Part shown: positions 1 through 13,208 of the stretch, piece after piece | How the letters are laid out: each line of letters starts with the position of its first letter | Position numbering within the stretch: the stretch's first letter is position 1 | Assembly: GCF_006345805.1 (NCBI RefSeq) | Contig: NC_043011.1 | Coordinates: 23,634,464 to 23,698,463 of the forward strand | From: Octopus sinensis | Lineage: Eukaryota | DNA: 64,000 nucleotides | Direction of reading: 5' to 3' | Made by a program: the position numbers and the translations under genes | Notes under the pieces: model-generated | What the model was told of the DNA's origin: nothing | The model's input: the letters and a program-made list of their open reading frames with translations, nothing else | Databases searched by the model: none

Positions 1-500
1 AAGAAGAGTATTGAGATGATGGACATGCAACTGAGAATTGCTGATGAGAGAAAAGAGAAAGAGACAAAAGATTGTGTAGGGAAGGGGGATGGGGAAAGAG
101 GGAGGCAAAGAGACAAAGAGAGGAGAAGGGAGAGAAGAGAGAAGGGGAGAGAGATGGAGAAGATAAACAGATGGATGGAGAGGGAGGGAAGAACTGAGGA
201 TGAAGGAAAGAGAGGGAAGAGGAGCAGAGAGGAAAGGGAGAGAGGCAGAGAGAGAAGGGAGAGGGACAGAGAAAGGGAAGATAGGCAGAGAGGGGAGAAA
301 AGAAGCAGGGAGGGGAGGAGAGGCAAAGAGATAGGGGAGAGGGGGGAAAAGAGGCAAAGAGGGGGAAGATAGGGGAGAGGCAGAGAGGTAGGAAAGACAA
401 GTGAAAATAGGGTGGAGAGAATTGGAGTTGGGGTGGAAAAGAAGAAGAGATGAGAGAAAACAGAGATGGAGAGAAGAGATGGAGAGTGGTGAAAAGGGTA
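1..500. repeat. Purine-rich (GA/GGA) low-complexity tract
   Basis: Plus strand is overwhelmingly A and G (gagagagg, gggaaaga); explains the R/E/G-rich ORF 16..372. Confidence 0.9.
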
Positions 501-685
501 AGGAGAGATAGTGAAAGTAAAACACACTGCTCAGTTTAACATCACCTCATCTTGGAGGTATTTAGCAAAGTTCGCTTTTTTTTTCTCTTTTTTTAAACCC
601 TTAAACCCAAATCCCTCCCCCCACTTCCTTTTTTATTTCCAGCAGACACTGACCTACAGATATTCAATATGGGCATCAAGCCACA

Positions 686-742
686 TCAATATTGCTTGTC
701 TGGAGAGCTAGTCATGGTTACTGCTCCTCCTCCTTCAAATAC
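686..742 (-). CDS. Candidate terminal exon of unidentified minus-strand gene (VFEGGGAVTMTSSPDKQY*)
   Basis: Acceptor tctgtattttatataag|GTA, phase 0, compatible with the phase-0 end of exon 1943-1983; TGA at 686-688. Confidence 0.25.
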   Translation of the reverse strand, partial: VFEGGGAVTMTSSPDKQY

Positions 743-1019
743 CTTATATAAAATACAGACAGAGAGACAGAGATGAAAGGGAAAATAATGAATATGAGAG
801 AATAATGAGAGGATAAAACAAGAGTAAGAAGAGAATGAAAATGAAGAAAGAGAGGCTAAGAAAGCAAGAAAGATAATCAAGTCAGATGTATTGTTTGTCA
901 GTTACTCTCCAACAGTTTTTCCATCATCCACCATCATCAACCAGATTGAAATTTTTTTTAAATGTGATGGTGTGAATGTGAAGAGAAAATCTGAAGCAGT
1001 GAGTCCACAACTGTAACCT

Positions 1020-1385
1020 ACACCAGTGTCGCATAACCAGCCCACTCAAAAGTACTTTGGATCATAGGGTGACATGCCGTGCTTGCAGAGACCTATTGAG
1101 TCAAGTACAGCAACAGCAATATCAAAATCAAATCAAATGGAAATTGTAGTTGTGACCCCGTGATGGTAGCATGTAAAAAGCACAATCCGAACGTGGCCGA
1201 TGCTAGTGCCTCTGTAATTGGCTTCTGTGCCAGCGGCATGTAAAAAGCATCATCCAATTGTGGTCAATGCCACCCTTTCTGGGCCCCTGTGCCGGTGGCA
1301 CGTAAAAAGCACCCACTACACTCTTGGAGTGCTTGACGTTAAGAAGGGCGCCCAGTTGTAGAAACACTTCCAGATCAGATCATTA
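1020..1385 (+). mobile_element. RTE-type LINE 3' UTR fragment with about 3 internal repeat units
   Basis: aaaagcac-anchored units and cccactacactc...gttaagaagggc match 49505-49975 and the reverse complement of 61150-61600, which is contiguous with RTE coding sequence. Confidence 0.75.
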
Positions 1386-1942
1386 AGAATTGTATAGAAA
1401 AAAGTTAAAATATTTTGTGCATTGTGGATAACCAATTAGTTGCAGATAAACTTTAACAACAAAACCTTATTGAGAAATACTGGCCAAGAGGAAGAAATAA
1501 ATCCTACAATTACAGTATTTGGCAGACAAGAAAGGATCAACAGTCAGGGAGTGAGGAAATTTCTAGAAGGAATTGATATAGAAAGGGTGGGAGTAAGAAT
1601 ACAGAGATGATATCAAGTTGATCCATGCAAACTGAGATAACACTTCCTTTCATCATACCCTAAAAGTTAACTGTAGTTGGCTAGATATAAAGTAATGTCT
1701 GTTTTATTCATGTTCACTTCCTTCTGATAACAATAAGCACTGTAAATAAAAATTAAAGTTAAAACTAGTTTTAAAAGCATCTGAAAAACAGAAACCAACA
1801 GAATGTGATTATCTTAGATCTGTCATTCCATACTGGAAATTAACTTGTGTTTTATGTTTAGTGAAGCAAACTAAAGCAAGCTCAAAAACAATGGCCAACT
1901 TTTTACTTGGTGAAATATTAGAAATCAATTAATTATACTTAC

Positions 1943-1983
1943 ATCTAGAGGCATTGGTTTCTGTTTATCAGCTTTTTTCATGC
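1943..1983 (-). CDS. Candidate internal exon ((G)MKKADKQKPMPLD)
   Basis: Strong acceptor cattttctctccacag| and consensus donor |gtaagt; 41 nt, phase 1 in, phase 0 out, open frame. Confidence 0.45.
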
Positions 1984-2429
1984 CTGTGGAGAGAAAATGA
2001 ACAAAGTTCAATGAATAAAGAAACTGATATTTTAAATTGCAAATACATACACATATTTAACTGTCCAAAATGTCAGTAAATCAATAACAACAATGGCAAA
2101 TCAACAGCAACAACAGTCTATCAATAGCAACAACAGTCCATCTACAGTATATCAACAGTCCATCAATAGCAACAACACTGAGTTATTTCTAACACACAGC
2201 AGCCGAGCAATATATCAGCCTTTCCTGATATATTCAGGATTACGTCACCCAATATAGTCATCATCCATTTTCAAGATAGCATGGTAAACTATAAAGGAGA
2301 TTCTAGCAAGTTAAGCAACCACTATTTGGAACAAAAGAAATTGTTGTTTGACCAACTACCTCATGATAAGAGTCTGCTTGATCAGAGCTGACCTGAAGTT
2401 ACATAACAATAATAATAGTTTATCATTAA

Positions 2430-2800
2430 AGAACATGAGTGCAGACATAGATGTGTAGTTAAGAAGTTTGCTAAACAGCCACACTGTTTTGGGTAAGTGT
2501 CTTCTACTATAGACTCAGGTTGGTCAATGCCTGAGAAGTGAAATTTGACACATGGAAACTATTCAGAGCCCTTCAAGAATATGCGGCAATGTTTGGGCAG
2601 TGTTTAAATTTATAACCAGCATAAATAAAAAGTCTGGCAACCAGGCAGTTCAATGCATGAAGAAGCCTAATAAATTACCTTACTTGAAAACAAGGATTAA
2701 CATCAGGAGAGGCATCTGATTGTAGAATGTTCTCTCAAGAAATCTTATCCAATTCATTTCAGCATGGAAAAAGCAGATATAAAAGCAATAATGAACATGA
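2430..2800 (+). mobile_element. SINE family A, degenerate, RTE-type tail
   Basis: Head gtgtagttaagaagtttgct, core gtgtcttctactatag, tail agcatggaaaaagcagatataaa. Confidence 0.6.
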
Positions 2801-2887
2801 TATAAGATTGAGACAAAACTCACATCTTATTTAGGTTTCTTAAGCTGCTTAAAAATATAAACAACTAAGATAGGTTTATTGGGCTGT

Positions 2888-2894
<7 letters not shown>

Positions 2895-2943
<49 letters not shown>

Positions 2944-2978
2944 GTATGTATGTAAGTAAGTATGTATGTATGTATATA
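2895..2978. repeat. (TA)n/(TATG)n microsatellite
   Basis: Read directly. Confidence 0.95.
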
Positions 2979-3290
2979 GGCATAAGTGTAGCTGTGTGGT
3001 TGAGAAGCTTGTTTCCCAACCATATGGACTCAAGTTCAGCCCCACCATGCAGTACCTTGGGCAAGCATCTACTATAACTCTGGACTGACCAAAGCCTTAT
3101 GAGTGGATTTGGTAGATGGTAACTACTTATCTTGACATCAGGTGCTGGTTGTAAATGAGCATCACTGTCACACAAGTGATATTGTTCATTTCCAGTCTTC
3201 CATAAAAAAAACATTACCTGGTCATGAGGAAATATTACATTCCTTAGAAACAATGTAGGGTTGACAACAGGAAGTTAAACCAGCAGTAAA
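2978..3290 (+). mobile_element. SINE family A (tRNA-like head), RTE-tail subtype, 3' end incomplete
   Basis: A-box-like tagctgtgtgg, B-box-like agttcagccc, core ccttgggcaagc...ctataac, then gttgtaaatgagcatcac...gtcttccat segment shared with 11795-12390 and 49990-50390. Confidence 0.75.
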
Positions 3291-3442
3291 AAGAATTTTA
3301 AAAAATTTAGTAGCTGTTCTAATATAATGATTTAGGGAAGTTATACATTCATTAACAAAGTTTGACACTTGGAGAAAATAAAATTGCAAAACGTCAGAAT
3401 TAACTAACAGACTTTACATAATCATTTAAAAAAAAACTTTAC

Positions 3443-3491
3443 CTGATGTTAATTTGTCAAAACTAATTGCAAATCTTTTCATTATTTTTCT
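3443..3491 (-). CDS. Candidate internal exon (RKIMKRFAISFDKLTS(G))
   Basis: Donor CAG|gtaaag; weak acceptor gttgatag|; 49 nt, phase 0 in, phase 1 out; joins in frame to both neighbouring candidates. Confidence 0.35.
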
Positions 3492-4884
3492 CTATCAACG
3501 TTTCATAAATAAATTTTGCATACATGCTTTTTATCAGGTTGTTTCTAATCTTGATTTTGGAAAGGTGATACTGGTTTTTCTATTTAAAATATATTTCTAA
3601 CTGTTCAATTTTAGAGACCATGCCTATTTTAATCTCAAGTAAAAAGAAAATTTTTTTGAAATATATTTAATTTTTCCTAAATCTTTTAGCATTTATTATA
3701 TTTCCAGACATTTTTGGCAGTTACAACATCAAATTAATAAATTAAAAATGAATACAGAAATAATCAAAAGGAATTAAAAATGTTACATTTAATAAAAATT
3801 ATGCTAATACCATTTCTAATCAGTTTACTAGGTTTATGACAACATCAGCTATTTTTTTTTAAATCAAAAATTAATTAAGTTATTTGAAGAGGAAGGAAAA
3901 TTAACGTATTTCTCAGTTCTGAAATTCAAATGCTAATACCAAAATTCTTAAACAATTCCCCCTGCCTCTGCCCCATATGAATTTATCAGGAAGAAAGTGG
4001 TCTGCTCATGACTCCCACAACTTTATCAGTTGGCATCCATCTTGAACAACTGCAGGAAAATATATTATAGGCAAGGAAGGAATTATTCTAGAAATTTGAT
4101 TCTGTAGAGAAAGAAAAATTGGGCATAGTGATAAGTACAGGGTTGGTGGGGAGACAAGCGTATCAAGTGGACCTGAGTGGAAGAGATATGTAACTAGCTA
4201 GCTCTGGGGAATAGAGGTCATTGTACTAGCACAACAAAAAGACTGCAATACGCTGAAACATGTTCGGGAGCAAACCTATGCTAAATCAGTCCCTCAGAAT
4301 GCTAAACTTACAGTATTTAAGTTTACACATTCTATATTCTGACTCCTGAGTCACCCTATGTTCAGCTTAGCTTTCATTTCTTCAACTCAACTAGTACCAT
4401 TAAAAATTCTTTGATCTTTCTTTTACTGATTTTAGCAATTGCAGTAGAGTCATTCTAAGATACTGACTGTTTTAGTGGGGTTTTAATCCCTTGTATCTTC
4501 CCCCTTCCATATACTTTGTCTGGTACTTTGACATTACAAGGAAAGGCAAAGGTCAATCTGAGCATAAAAATACACAATACCACAGACTGGTTCAATTTGA
4601 CACTACCAATTCCATGATCTGCTCACAGACAAAAACAAATATATACAAATATCTCGACACATAGCCATACATACATGTGCACATGTATGAATATGCACAT
4701 ATACATTTAAACACAATTACACACACATATTCATACACACACAGTTTGATAAGCCTGAGTGGTGGAGCCAATCCTCCCTTTAAAATAAACACACAATTAT
4801 ATTCAGATTGACTCAATCATATATATATAACTCTGTTCCCTTTAAAAATTAGGTTTGTGTCCAGTTGAAAAACGAATATTATAT

Positions 4885-5230
4885 CAGATGCAGGCAAGGG
4901 GTTAACAAGTTTTCACTTCACAACCAGAGGGTACCAGGGTACTGTTTGACACCTTGGACAGGTTGATTAATGCCTTGCGAGTGAAATTTGTTAACAGAAT
5001 TGGATGGAAGCCTGATATGTATACAAATAACATATCTGTGTGTGTTTATATTTACCTGCAGAAACCCATGTCAGGCTGCATCTACTTTATGTCATAACCA
5101 CTTAACTTAGCAACTCAATACAAAGAAACTGATAAAATAACTATGCTGGTTGATGTATGATTAACTAAAAACTCTTGAAGATGGTTGTCCTAACATGGCT
5201 GCAGTCCAATGTTTGGAACAAGTAAAAGAG
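4885..5230 (+). mobile_element. SINE family A, degenerate, CR1-type tail
   Basis: Core gacaccttggacagg...gccttgcgagtg; tail catggctgcagtccaatg...aacaagtaaaagag. Confidence 0.65.
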
Positions 5231-5274
5231 CTTTAAGTAACATATCTAAGGCTTTGAAAAGTATTTTAATAATA

Positions 5275-6490
5275 CACAGACATGACAGAAGTAAATAAAA
5301 ACCTCATAAAACATCGTTTTACATTACTTGAAAAAGTTTATATATTTTTATGAATTGGCATTTTTATGTTTCAGGTTCTATATGTGACTGTTTAATCATG
5401 CCATGTACAAAAGAAGCCTTGGAACTGTCCGAATTTCAAAGAGGCTGTATTGTGGGTCAATCTGAAAGTGGACTAAGTCAGCGTAAAATCACTGAAAACC
5501 TTGGGATCCCAGTCTACAGTTACTAGAGCGATTGTGCAATTCACTAGGGAGAGGAAGGAGACAACATCACCTTGTCCAGGTCAATCAGGGTCCTCTGATG
5601 GGACCCTTCACTTTGTTAAGAGAAATGTAGAGGATAATCCTCATTGCAACGCCTCTAACATAGCAGAACAAGCCGATGTCAGTCCCAGAACAGCTGTTGG
5701 GTATCTCCACAAACTTGGTTACTATGACAGAGCAGCAAGAAGGAAGCTACTTCTTTGACTAGCCAATATCAAGTGGAGAAAAGATTGGGCCAGTGAGATG
5801 GTGGAGAGATCACTAGCATTTTGGGACACTGTCATATTCTCTGATGAGTCCAAGTTTGTTGTATTTTCTGACAGTGGTCGAGTGTGGGCCTGGAGACTGA
5901 TCAAGAATTTGGCGTGAAAAAATTGCAACCTACAATGAAGCACAGAAGCTATTCTGTGATGGTCTGGGGAGCAACTTGGAGCAATGGTCAATCAGAGCTG
6001 GTGGAGTATGAGGGAAACATAAACTCAGATAAATGTGTCCATATTGCAGAAAGTATTTCTTCCAATCTTCTCTAATGGTGAAATATTTAAAGAAAACTCC
6101 TTATTTATGGAAGATGGGGCTCCTTGTCACACAGCTAAAAAGACCCAAGATTGGTTGGATGAGAATAGCATTAAAAAGCTTCCATGGTCAAGCCAGACAC
6201 CAGATATGAACCCTATTGAACACCTCTGGGGTATAATGGACAAAGCATCCTCAAAGCCAGATCTTTTGAGATTACTGCATGAAACTTGGCAAGACATTCC
6301 TCAAGAAAATATTTGTTATCTGATCAGTAGCATGCCTAATAGGGTCCTTGCATTGAAAAATGCAAAGGGCATGTCTACTAAATATTAGATATTCACATTA
6401 TAGTAATTGATAAATAATTTGAATGCATAATTTCAGATTTAAATATATTTTAATAATAGAAGAGTGTCTATTAATTCTGTTATGTCTGTG
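5275..6490 (+). mobile_element. Tc1-like DNA transposon, DD34E, full length (1216 bp), defective
   Basis: TA at 5273-74 and 6491-92; TIRs cacagacatgacagaagtaa versus reverse complement cacagacataacagaattaa (18/20). Confidence 0.9.
5398..6388 (+). pseudogene. Tc1 transposase, frameshifted
   Basis: [31 protein letters not shown]-...-PDMNPIEHLW with 34 residues between D and E; several frameshifts and a stop. Confidence 0.9.
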
Positions 6491-6527
6491 TATCAACATG
6501 GTGATATCAGAATGATCCCACCTACAC

Positions 6528-6735
6528 CTCATATCTCTTAAATATCAGAACTACCATTAAAAGTAATTCAGTCCTTAAACTGTTTTCATATGTTGTACAG
6601 GCTTCAATAAAAAGTTGGATACAATCACGACTGAAGTTATCAATATTTTTCTGACATTCAATGATCTTATGCGTGTTCTTTGCCAATGCAGAGATGCTTA
6701 GATCAATTACAATTTTTTTTTTAAACCTCAGAAAA
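6528..6735 (-). CDS. Candidate internal exon (FLRFKKKIVIDLSISALAKNTH...LLMVVLIFKRYE)
   Basis: 208 nt open frame, acceptor gttgttcag|, donor GAG|gtgtag; phase 2 in, phase 0 out. Confidence 0.35.
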
Positions 6736-6844
6736 CTGAACAACTTTGACTACTTGCTCTCATATAGACAACTAAACTAAAATCTTAATTATTTCATAAT
6801 TTTTCTTATAATTCAATGTAAATACAATAATGCCAGGAAAATAT

Positions 6845-7057
6845 TAGTTTCAAATTTTGGCACAAAGCCAAGAATTCTGGAGAAGGAGGTAAACCGATTA
6901 CATCTAGCCAGTACTTGACTGGTACTTATTTCATCGACCCTGAAAGGATGAAAGGCAAAGTTGACCCCAGCAGAATTAGAATTCAGAACAAAGACAGGCA
7001 AAATGACGCTAAGCATTTTGCTTGGCGTGCCAACAATTCTTCCAGCTTACCACCTTA
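6845..7057 (-). mobile_element. SINE family B (tRNA-like head)
   Basis: Minus strand reads ggtaagctggaagaattgttggcacgcc...ctttgcctttcatcctttcagggtcgatgaaataagtaccag; same family as 18845-20490 and 48465-48660. Confidence 0.75.
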
Positions 7058-8385
7058 ACATGGGAAAATACTAAAAACATGCATACAGAGAGTCACATGA
7101 CTTCAGTGCTATAACTTTTTTAATACCAACCTGCCAGAAACTGCCCCAAGTCCTATGATAGAAACTTCCAGTATTAAAGTTATCGAAATTAAAATCCCCA
7201 ATTAAAATTCAATGTTAATTTGTGTTCCAGACACAAGCTTAATAGTAACAAATTGCTTGTTATTTTCAAAATTAATTGCAACACAGGCAGTATATTTCAA
7301 CAGAAATACAGTAATGAAAGGGTTTATTCTAGGTCAGCCCTGATTGAATAAACCTATCCATTCATGATCATTCCATCCTTTTGTATATCAAAACTATATT
7401 GTACAAGTTATCCTCCATTGCTGAAATGATAGTAAGTGCAGGGGGTTTTGGCAACTATTTTTAGCAGGTCAAGCAATCATGTAGCCACTCCTTTCAGTAA
7501 GACACTGATCTTGTGTTGAACATAGTAATTTTATAGAATAATGAAAGGATACAAGGATATGGTAATATGGTGGAGTATTAAGTTTGTAGCTAAATGAAAT
7601 TCATGACATTATTTCAATTCCTAGCTGAAACTATTTCACTTATAATGCTTCTCAGAAAGGTATTATATCACAAATCACACCTTCATTAATTCCAAGTTTT
7701 CTGGATATAAGAAATCCAACATTTTTTTTTCTTTTCTTCTTTTTTTTTTTTACACATAGGCATTATAGTATTATAGAGTTAAAGTTGGTACATAATTATG
7801 AGCACCAAACTCATTATTTTAAAACAGGTTAAGAAAAGAAAAATAACACACAAAACTATGAAACCATATATAGCAATAAAAATTCTTCTGCTATAAATTG
7901 TTTTACAAGTGTATCTGATAGCAGTTCTTCATTAAGAAGTCAGAGTGATGTATTTATTGTTCTGGTATCAAGAATGATCAAATACCTGTATCACTAAGCA
8001 TTTGATGTAATTTTTCTTTTTCTTTTTTTCAATAGCACTACTTTCATTTGCTATGAAGTAAAACTGACCCACCACTATTTCCAATCACCCACTTTCTATT
8101 AAAAAATTAAACAGATAAATGGATAAATAAATAAGCTCAAATAAGTTCTGTATGTATGCTCACAACCAAGAATTTCTGACCAACTCCATCTGAATAATAA
8201 CTTCATAAGAATTTTAAAGTCTAAAAAGCAGTCAAAATACTTGAAGATGAAAATGGTCAGCAACATCAGATAACTTCTCACCAACAGTCAGAGATAATAC
8301 ATGTCATTGTGCCCTCATCTATTATTTCTAATTAATAAAGCCCATATATACCTATGGTAAGTGGCATCCAGTCTTGTATACTCAC

Positions 8386-8722
8386 ACATAATGCATCCAT
8401 TCGCTTAAGCTAATTAAATTGCTTAAATGTTTTCCTTTTAGTGGAGCAACCACGACTTGCATATTTTTGTGAAGTGGACTGATTTGGCATATTAATATCA
8501 CTCTTTGCATGTACAGGACAAAACTGAATCTGAAATTTATCATTCTCACGCATTTTGCAACTCTACCTGCTTTGTTTACAAAACATCTGTCAGTATTGAT
8601 ATACTCAACAGAACACATAGCCTCACCAATACATGGGTCTCTTGACTTTTTCAGCTCTTCACACAATGCTACAGCTTTAGCCACATCAAAAATTTTAATG
8701 AGTTTCTGTATTACTGTAGATG
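8386..8722 (-). CDS. Candidate large exon (STVIQKLIKIFDVAKAVALCEELKKSRDPC...LSEWMHY(V))
   Basis: About 112 open codons in non-repetitive sequence, consensus donor GT|gtgagt (phase 2); acceptor ambiguous (8705, 8713, 8722 or 8730). Confidence 0.4.
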
Positions 8723-9059
8723 CTGTATTACTGAGATATCATCTCACCCAAGGACCAATATATACAAACTAAACTCAGATGTTAAACCTACATATACATA
8801 GGCACACAGGAAATTGTTAAAGTTTTCTATGACACGTGCATATATATTTTTACTATAGTCTTCTCCATATATGCAACAGACAAAAACATCTTTACTTCAA
8901 TCAGTAGCAGCAGCAGCAGTAATAGTAGTACTGAAAACTTGACTTGTATCAGTGGCTCATCCTTCTTAAGAGCCAATTTTTATCTTTTACACTTGTTTCA
9001 GTCTTTGGGCTGTGAATATGCCAGGATACCATCTTTAAGGGTTTTAATCAGACAAAACA

Positions 9060-9345
9060 ACCCGAGCACTATTTTTTTCAATTCTGGTACTTTTTCTATT
9101 GGCCTCTATTGCCAAACTGTTAAGTTATGGGGACATAAGCAAACTAACACCAGTTTACAAACTAAGATGCACATATACGTATGCACAATAAGCTACCACA
9201 CGGTTTCTGTCAACCAAATTTTCTCACAAAGCACTGATCAGCTTGGGGCTATAATACAAGGCGCTTGCCAAAGGTGCCATGCAGTGGGACTGAACCCAAA
9301 ACCTTATGGTTACAAAATGAGCTTATTAACAACACAGCCATCCAC
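9060..9345 (-). mobile_element. SINE family A
   Basis: Reverse complement of head and core (cttgccaaaggtgccatgcagtgggactgaaccc...caacacagcc). Confidence 0.75.
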
Positions 9346-9358
9346 CTTGAATAGATAC

Positions 9359-9448
9359 CTTTCATCAAGTGAATTAATACCAGATAAGGATCAAAATCTT
9401 GGAATTGGTATCCAGACATTTTGTAACACTGGTAAGACGGCAAAGTCA
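9359..9448 (-). CDS. Candidate internal exon (TLPSYQCYKMSGYQFQDFDPYLVLIHLMK)
   Basis: ttagactttag| ... AAAG|gtatct; 90 nt, phase 1/1. Confidence 0.25.
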
Positions 9449-9900
9449 CTAAAGTCTAATTGAAGTCAGCAACTTAGTATCACATTGCTAACAAACAAAA
9501 CAGGAGCAGCAATGCACCATTAGCACAGGTGATGATATACATTGAAGAAGTTAATAATCCAATACAGACAAAAACTTCTGACATCAAGTCATAACTGTGT
9601 GTCGTAATTCACAAAGGTTACCCTAGTGGCACTCTAAATCTGCTCCAGAGATAGAAACGACATTCACCTTTTATTCATGCCCATTATTTGATGTGTATGC
9701 ATATAAGCTACATATACTATACATATATACATGTACACATATACATAAAATTATACACACACATACATATATACAAATGGTACATATACTATATCTTATA
9801 CATACAAATGGTAAATATACTATATCTTATACAAATATGCATATAGAATACCTTTTCCTTCTCTTCACAGGGCCCATATTTTTTGCTTATTTTAATTTAA

Positions 9901-10082
9901 CCCTTTAGTGTTTAAACCGGCCATATACAGTCCAAATATTCCTTCTGTTTTATGTTCAAATTGGCCTGATCTAACCTCTCACACCTAACCTACAATGTCA
10001 TTCTAAAACTAGACATGATTAATTCAAAATAGTATTAATAAAAAAGCATTACATTTGGCAGAGTAATTTGAATGCTAACAGG
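9901..10082 (+). mobile_element. piggyBac-like MITE (family P1)
   Basis: TTAA|CCCTTTAG...aatgctaacagg|ttac; homologous to 25235-25456 (opposite orientation) and 54814-55013. Confidence 0.65.
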
Positions 10083-11794
10083 TTACGCCTTTCCTCTGCC
10101 TTGAATGTTTCTCACCCAGAGACTAAAGTTCTCCTGTCTTTCCAACTTGCCTCACCAACATACCCCTTTTACTTTTTCCTCTCACTTGTACTCATTTTCA
10201 CCTCTTCACGCCCAAGCTATCTTACCACACAATAATTACATACACACACCTCATATACCCACATTATACTTCCACACACAAGCATCTCGCATACGCAACC
10301 ATATACGCACCTCTCTCCTCTTCTACTTGCTTCCAGACACAGATATATATTTCTATATCTTCATATATACATCTGCCCCTCCTTCCTTTTTAATTTCTCC
10401 ACCCCATAAAACAACATTACCACCCAGTTTCTAAACCTTTGTTTTCCTCCCCTCTCTCTTTCCCTCAATGTATTTCGGGTTTTTTTCTTCTGATAAAGGA
10501 CTAACACCCAAAATGTTAAGACACTTTCTCTCTCCATTCAAGCTTTAAGTTAATAACATTTGTTATTCTCTCTCCTATGTCATTTTTTATTATTCATTAT
10601 ACATAAACATACATACATATACATACATACATACATACATATATATACATACATATATACATATATATATATGTATGTATTTCCACACACTCACACATTT
10701 CATGTTTAAGGAAGACAACTCTCATTACACCCTGCACAATATATGATAATAATAATAATAATAATACAATGCAATTAATCAAGCCTGAGCCAGATTAATC
10801 TATTCCGCCTACAACAGTCCTTTAATAACATTACTTTATGATAATGAATAAGATAATTTATTAATAAACAAATCATAAATAGATTTTTTTTTAAAGTCTG
10901 AAATCAGTGCATAGAAAGAAACGGATATTGGAAATTCCACCATAGTTTTATTTTTCTGAAGTCAGACAGCCATTATGAATAACTATTTCTATTTCTAGAA
11001 ATAGCAATTGTAGAGTGCAGTCATTATTTTTGTACCACAACAGCTAATATATCACTTTTCACAACATAAATCTTGCAGTAGTTGGTCTAGGAAGTGATAG
11101 ATAAACCTAGCAGCTTGAATCTGCTGTATCCAGTCCCATCAGTATTTCATACTCTTGCAGTCAAATACTTCTTGCTTTTGATTTTATTATTATCATTATT
11201 ATTTTCATTTGAGATTAGTTTTATTTCTACAGTAGTATTATCTAAAATTAATTTTATTTCTACAGCTATCAAAAGGAAAAGGAATTAACTCTCAGCCATC
11301 TTTTTTTTTCCCCCACTAAATAATGACTATAGTTGTAACAACAGCACTTAATAATAAAAGAGAAAATATTCAATAACATGAACAATTTTGAGAAATTTCT
11401 AATGGACTGACAAAAGGTATAAGATATTGGGAGGTGTGAGGGGGGGTAGACAGAAAAACAATTGGAGAAGCCATCTGTTGAAAATAAAGATAAAAAAAAA
11501 ATTGCTCAAGTTATCTTAATCATTGCTCTAAACTTGGATATTTCTTTTATTTTGCTTTTGCAGTTTCAAATTTAAAATGTTGCCGTTTTCAAAAGGTAAT
11601 AAATATGATGAAGAGCCATAAAGCAGCCAAATCAATAAGACGCTGGCCTACTGGTCCATATCCTATTACTGGCAGCGTACTATGTTGCTGGCAAAGATAA
11701 TTTTCACAAGTCCAGTGAAGTTAGCCATGAATGTATCATGGGGTTTTGTTTAGTAACCTTGTGGTTATTGAAAAGTCAACTTTTGCAATTACTC

Positions 11795-11991
11795 CAATTC
11801 TAATGGCTGTGTAGTAAGAAGTTTGCTTCTCAACCATATGATTCTGGATTCAGTCCAACAGCAAAGCACCTTGGGCAAGTGTATTCTACCATAACCCTGG
11901 TCTGACCACAGACTTGTGAGTAGATTTGATTGACAGAAACTGAAAGGAGCCTTGTGTGTGTGTGTGTGTGTGTGTGTGCGCACATGTGCAA

Positions 11992-12039
<48 letters not shown>

Positions 12040-12390
12040 ATAACCCTGGTTTGACCAGACTTGTGAGTAGATTTGATTGACAGAAACTGAAAGGAGCCGT
12101 GAGAGAGAGAGAGAGAGAGCATATACATGTGTAAGTGTATACATGTATGTGTGTGTCTGTCCCCTTATCCTGATATCATGTGATAGTTGTAAATGAGTGT
12201 CACTGTCATATGAGTAGTTTCCAATATTCTGCATGAACATGTCTGGCCTTGGAGAAATATTACCTTGCTTGGAAACAGGTTAGGTTTGGCAACAGGCAGG
12301 GCATCCGACATAAAAAAAATCTGCCTCAAATAAACTCTGTCCAACACATGAATTCAGGGGAAAATTGGACATTAAATGAAGATAATGAAT
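11795..12390 (+). mobile_element. SINE family A, RTE-tail subtype, internal 149-bp duplication
   Basis: Head tggctgtgtagtaagaag; block cataaccctgg...gaaactgaaaggagcc at 11890 and again at 12039; tail ggaaaattggacattaaatgaagataatga. Confidence 0.8.
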
Positions 12391-13024
12391 CAACCCACAA
12401 TATTCACTAACAATCATATTGCTGAATAAGAGAAAGAGGACCTTTGGCAGAAACATAACAGTTACTTTTATGAAAGAAAGGAAAATGGGAGAAAACTGAA
12501 ATGAACAATTTCAAGTAAATTAAAAAACGAAATATTCAGATTAACAGAGGTTGAATATAGAGCATAGCTGCCCACCATCATGCCATCAGTACTTTCTTTA
12601 GACCAGAACATAGCAGTTATAATTTACCAACAATTACTCCCACTACAACAAGCAAAAGTATTTAAAAAAATTTTTCCTTCAATAACATTTCTTTATTCAT
12701 CTCATTGATGACCTGATTGAGCAGACTTATGATCAAAGTCATTCAAGTGTGACCATCTCATTTCTAAGAGTACACTGTCTCGGACACACATGTATATTTC
12801 CTTTCCTCAAAAGTTTGGTAACTATAGCTAGTAAACCAAGCAACCATGTAGACACTGCCTCGCTGACTCACTCTCAATGGTATCCTCTATAAAGAGGACA
12901 ACAGTTCATAGTTTCAGATTTCATGCTATTAGATTGTTAGGTCAACTATTTGTCTGCGTAGCTGCTATGGACGATTTACCACAAAAACCTTCCATTCAAG
13001 CAAAAACTTTAAAAGTATTCTCTG

Positions 13025-13154
13025 CAGGTATAGCAGTGTGGTTAAGAAGCTTGCATTGCAACTATGGGGTTTCAGGTTCAGTCCCAGCATGTGACACCTT
13101 GAGTAAGTATCTTCTACTATAGCCCCAGCCCATTTAATGCCTTGTGAGTGAATT

Positions 13155-13208
<54 letters not shown>

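Noticed and set aside
16-372. 118-aa R/E/G-rich ORF
   Set aside because: Product of the GA-rich tract.
1649-1740. Well-formed minus-strand acceptor and donor pair
   Set aside because: All three frames contain stops; shows that strong splice-like signals arise by chance here.
2085-2180. Short imperfect 20-bp repeats (caacagtccatcaatagcaa)
   Set aside because: About four degenerate units, no associated structure; ordinary minisatellite.
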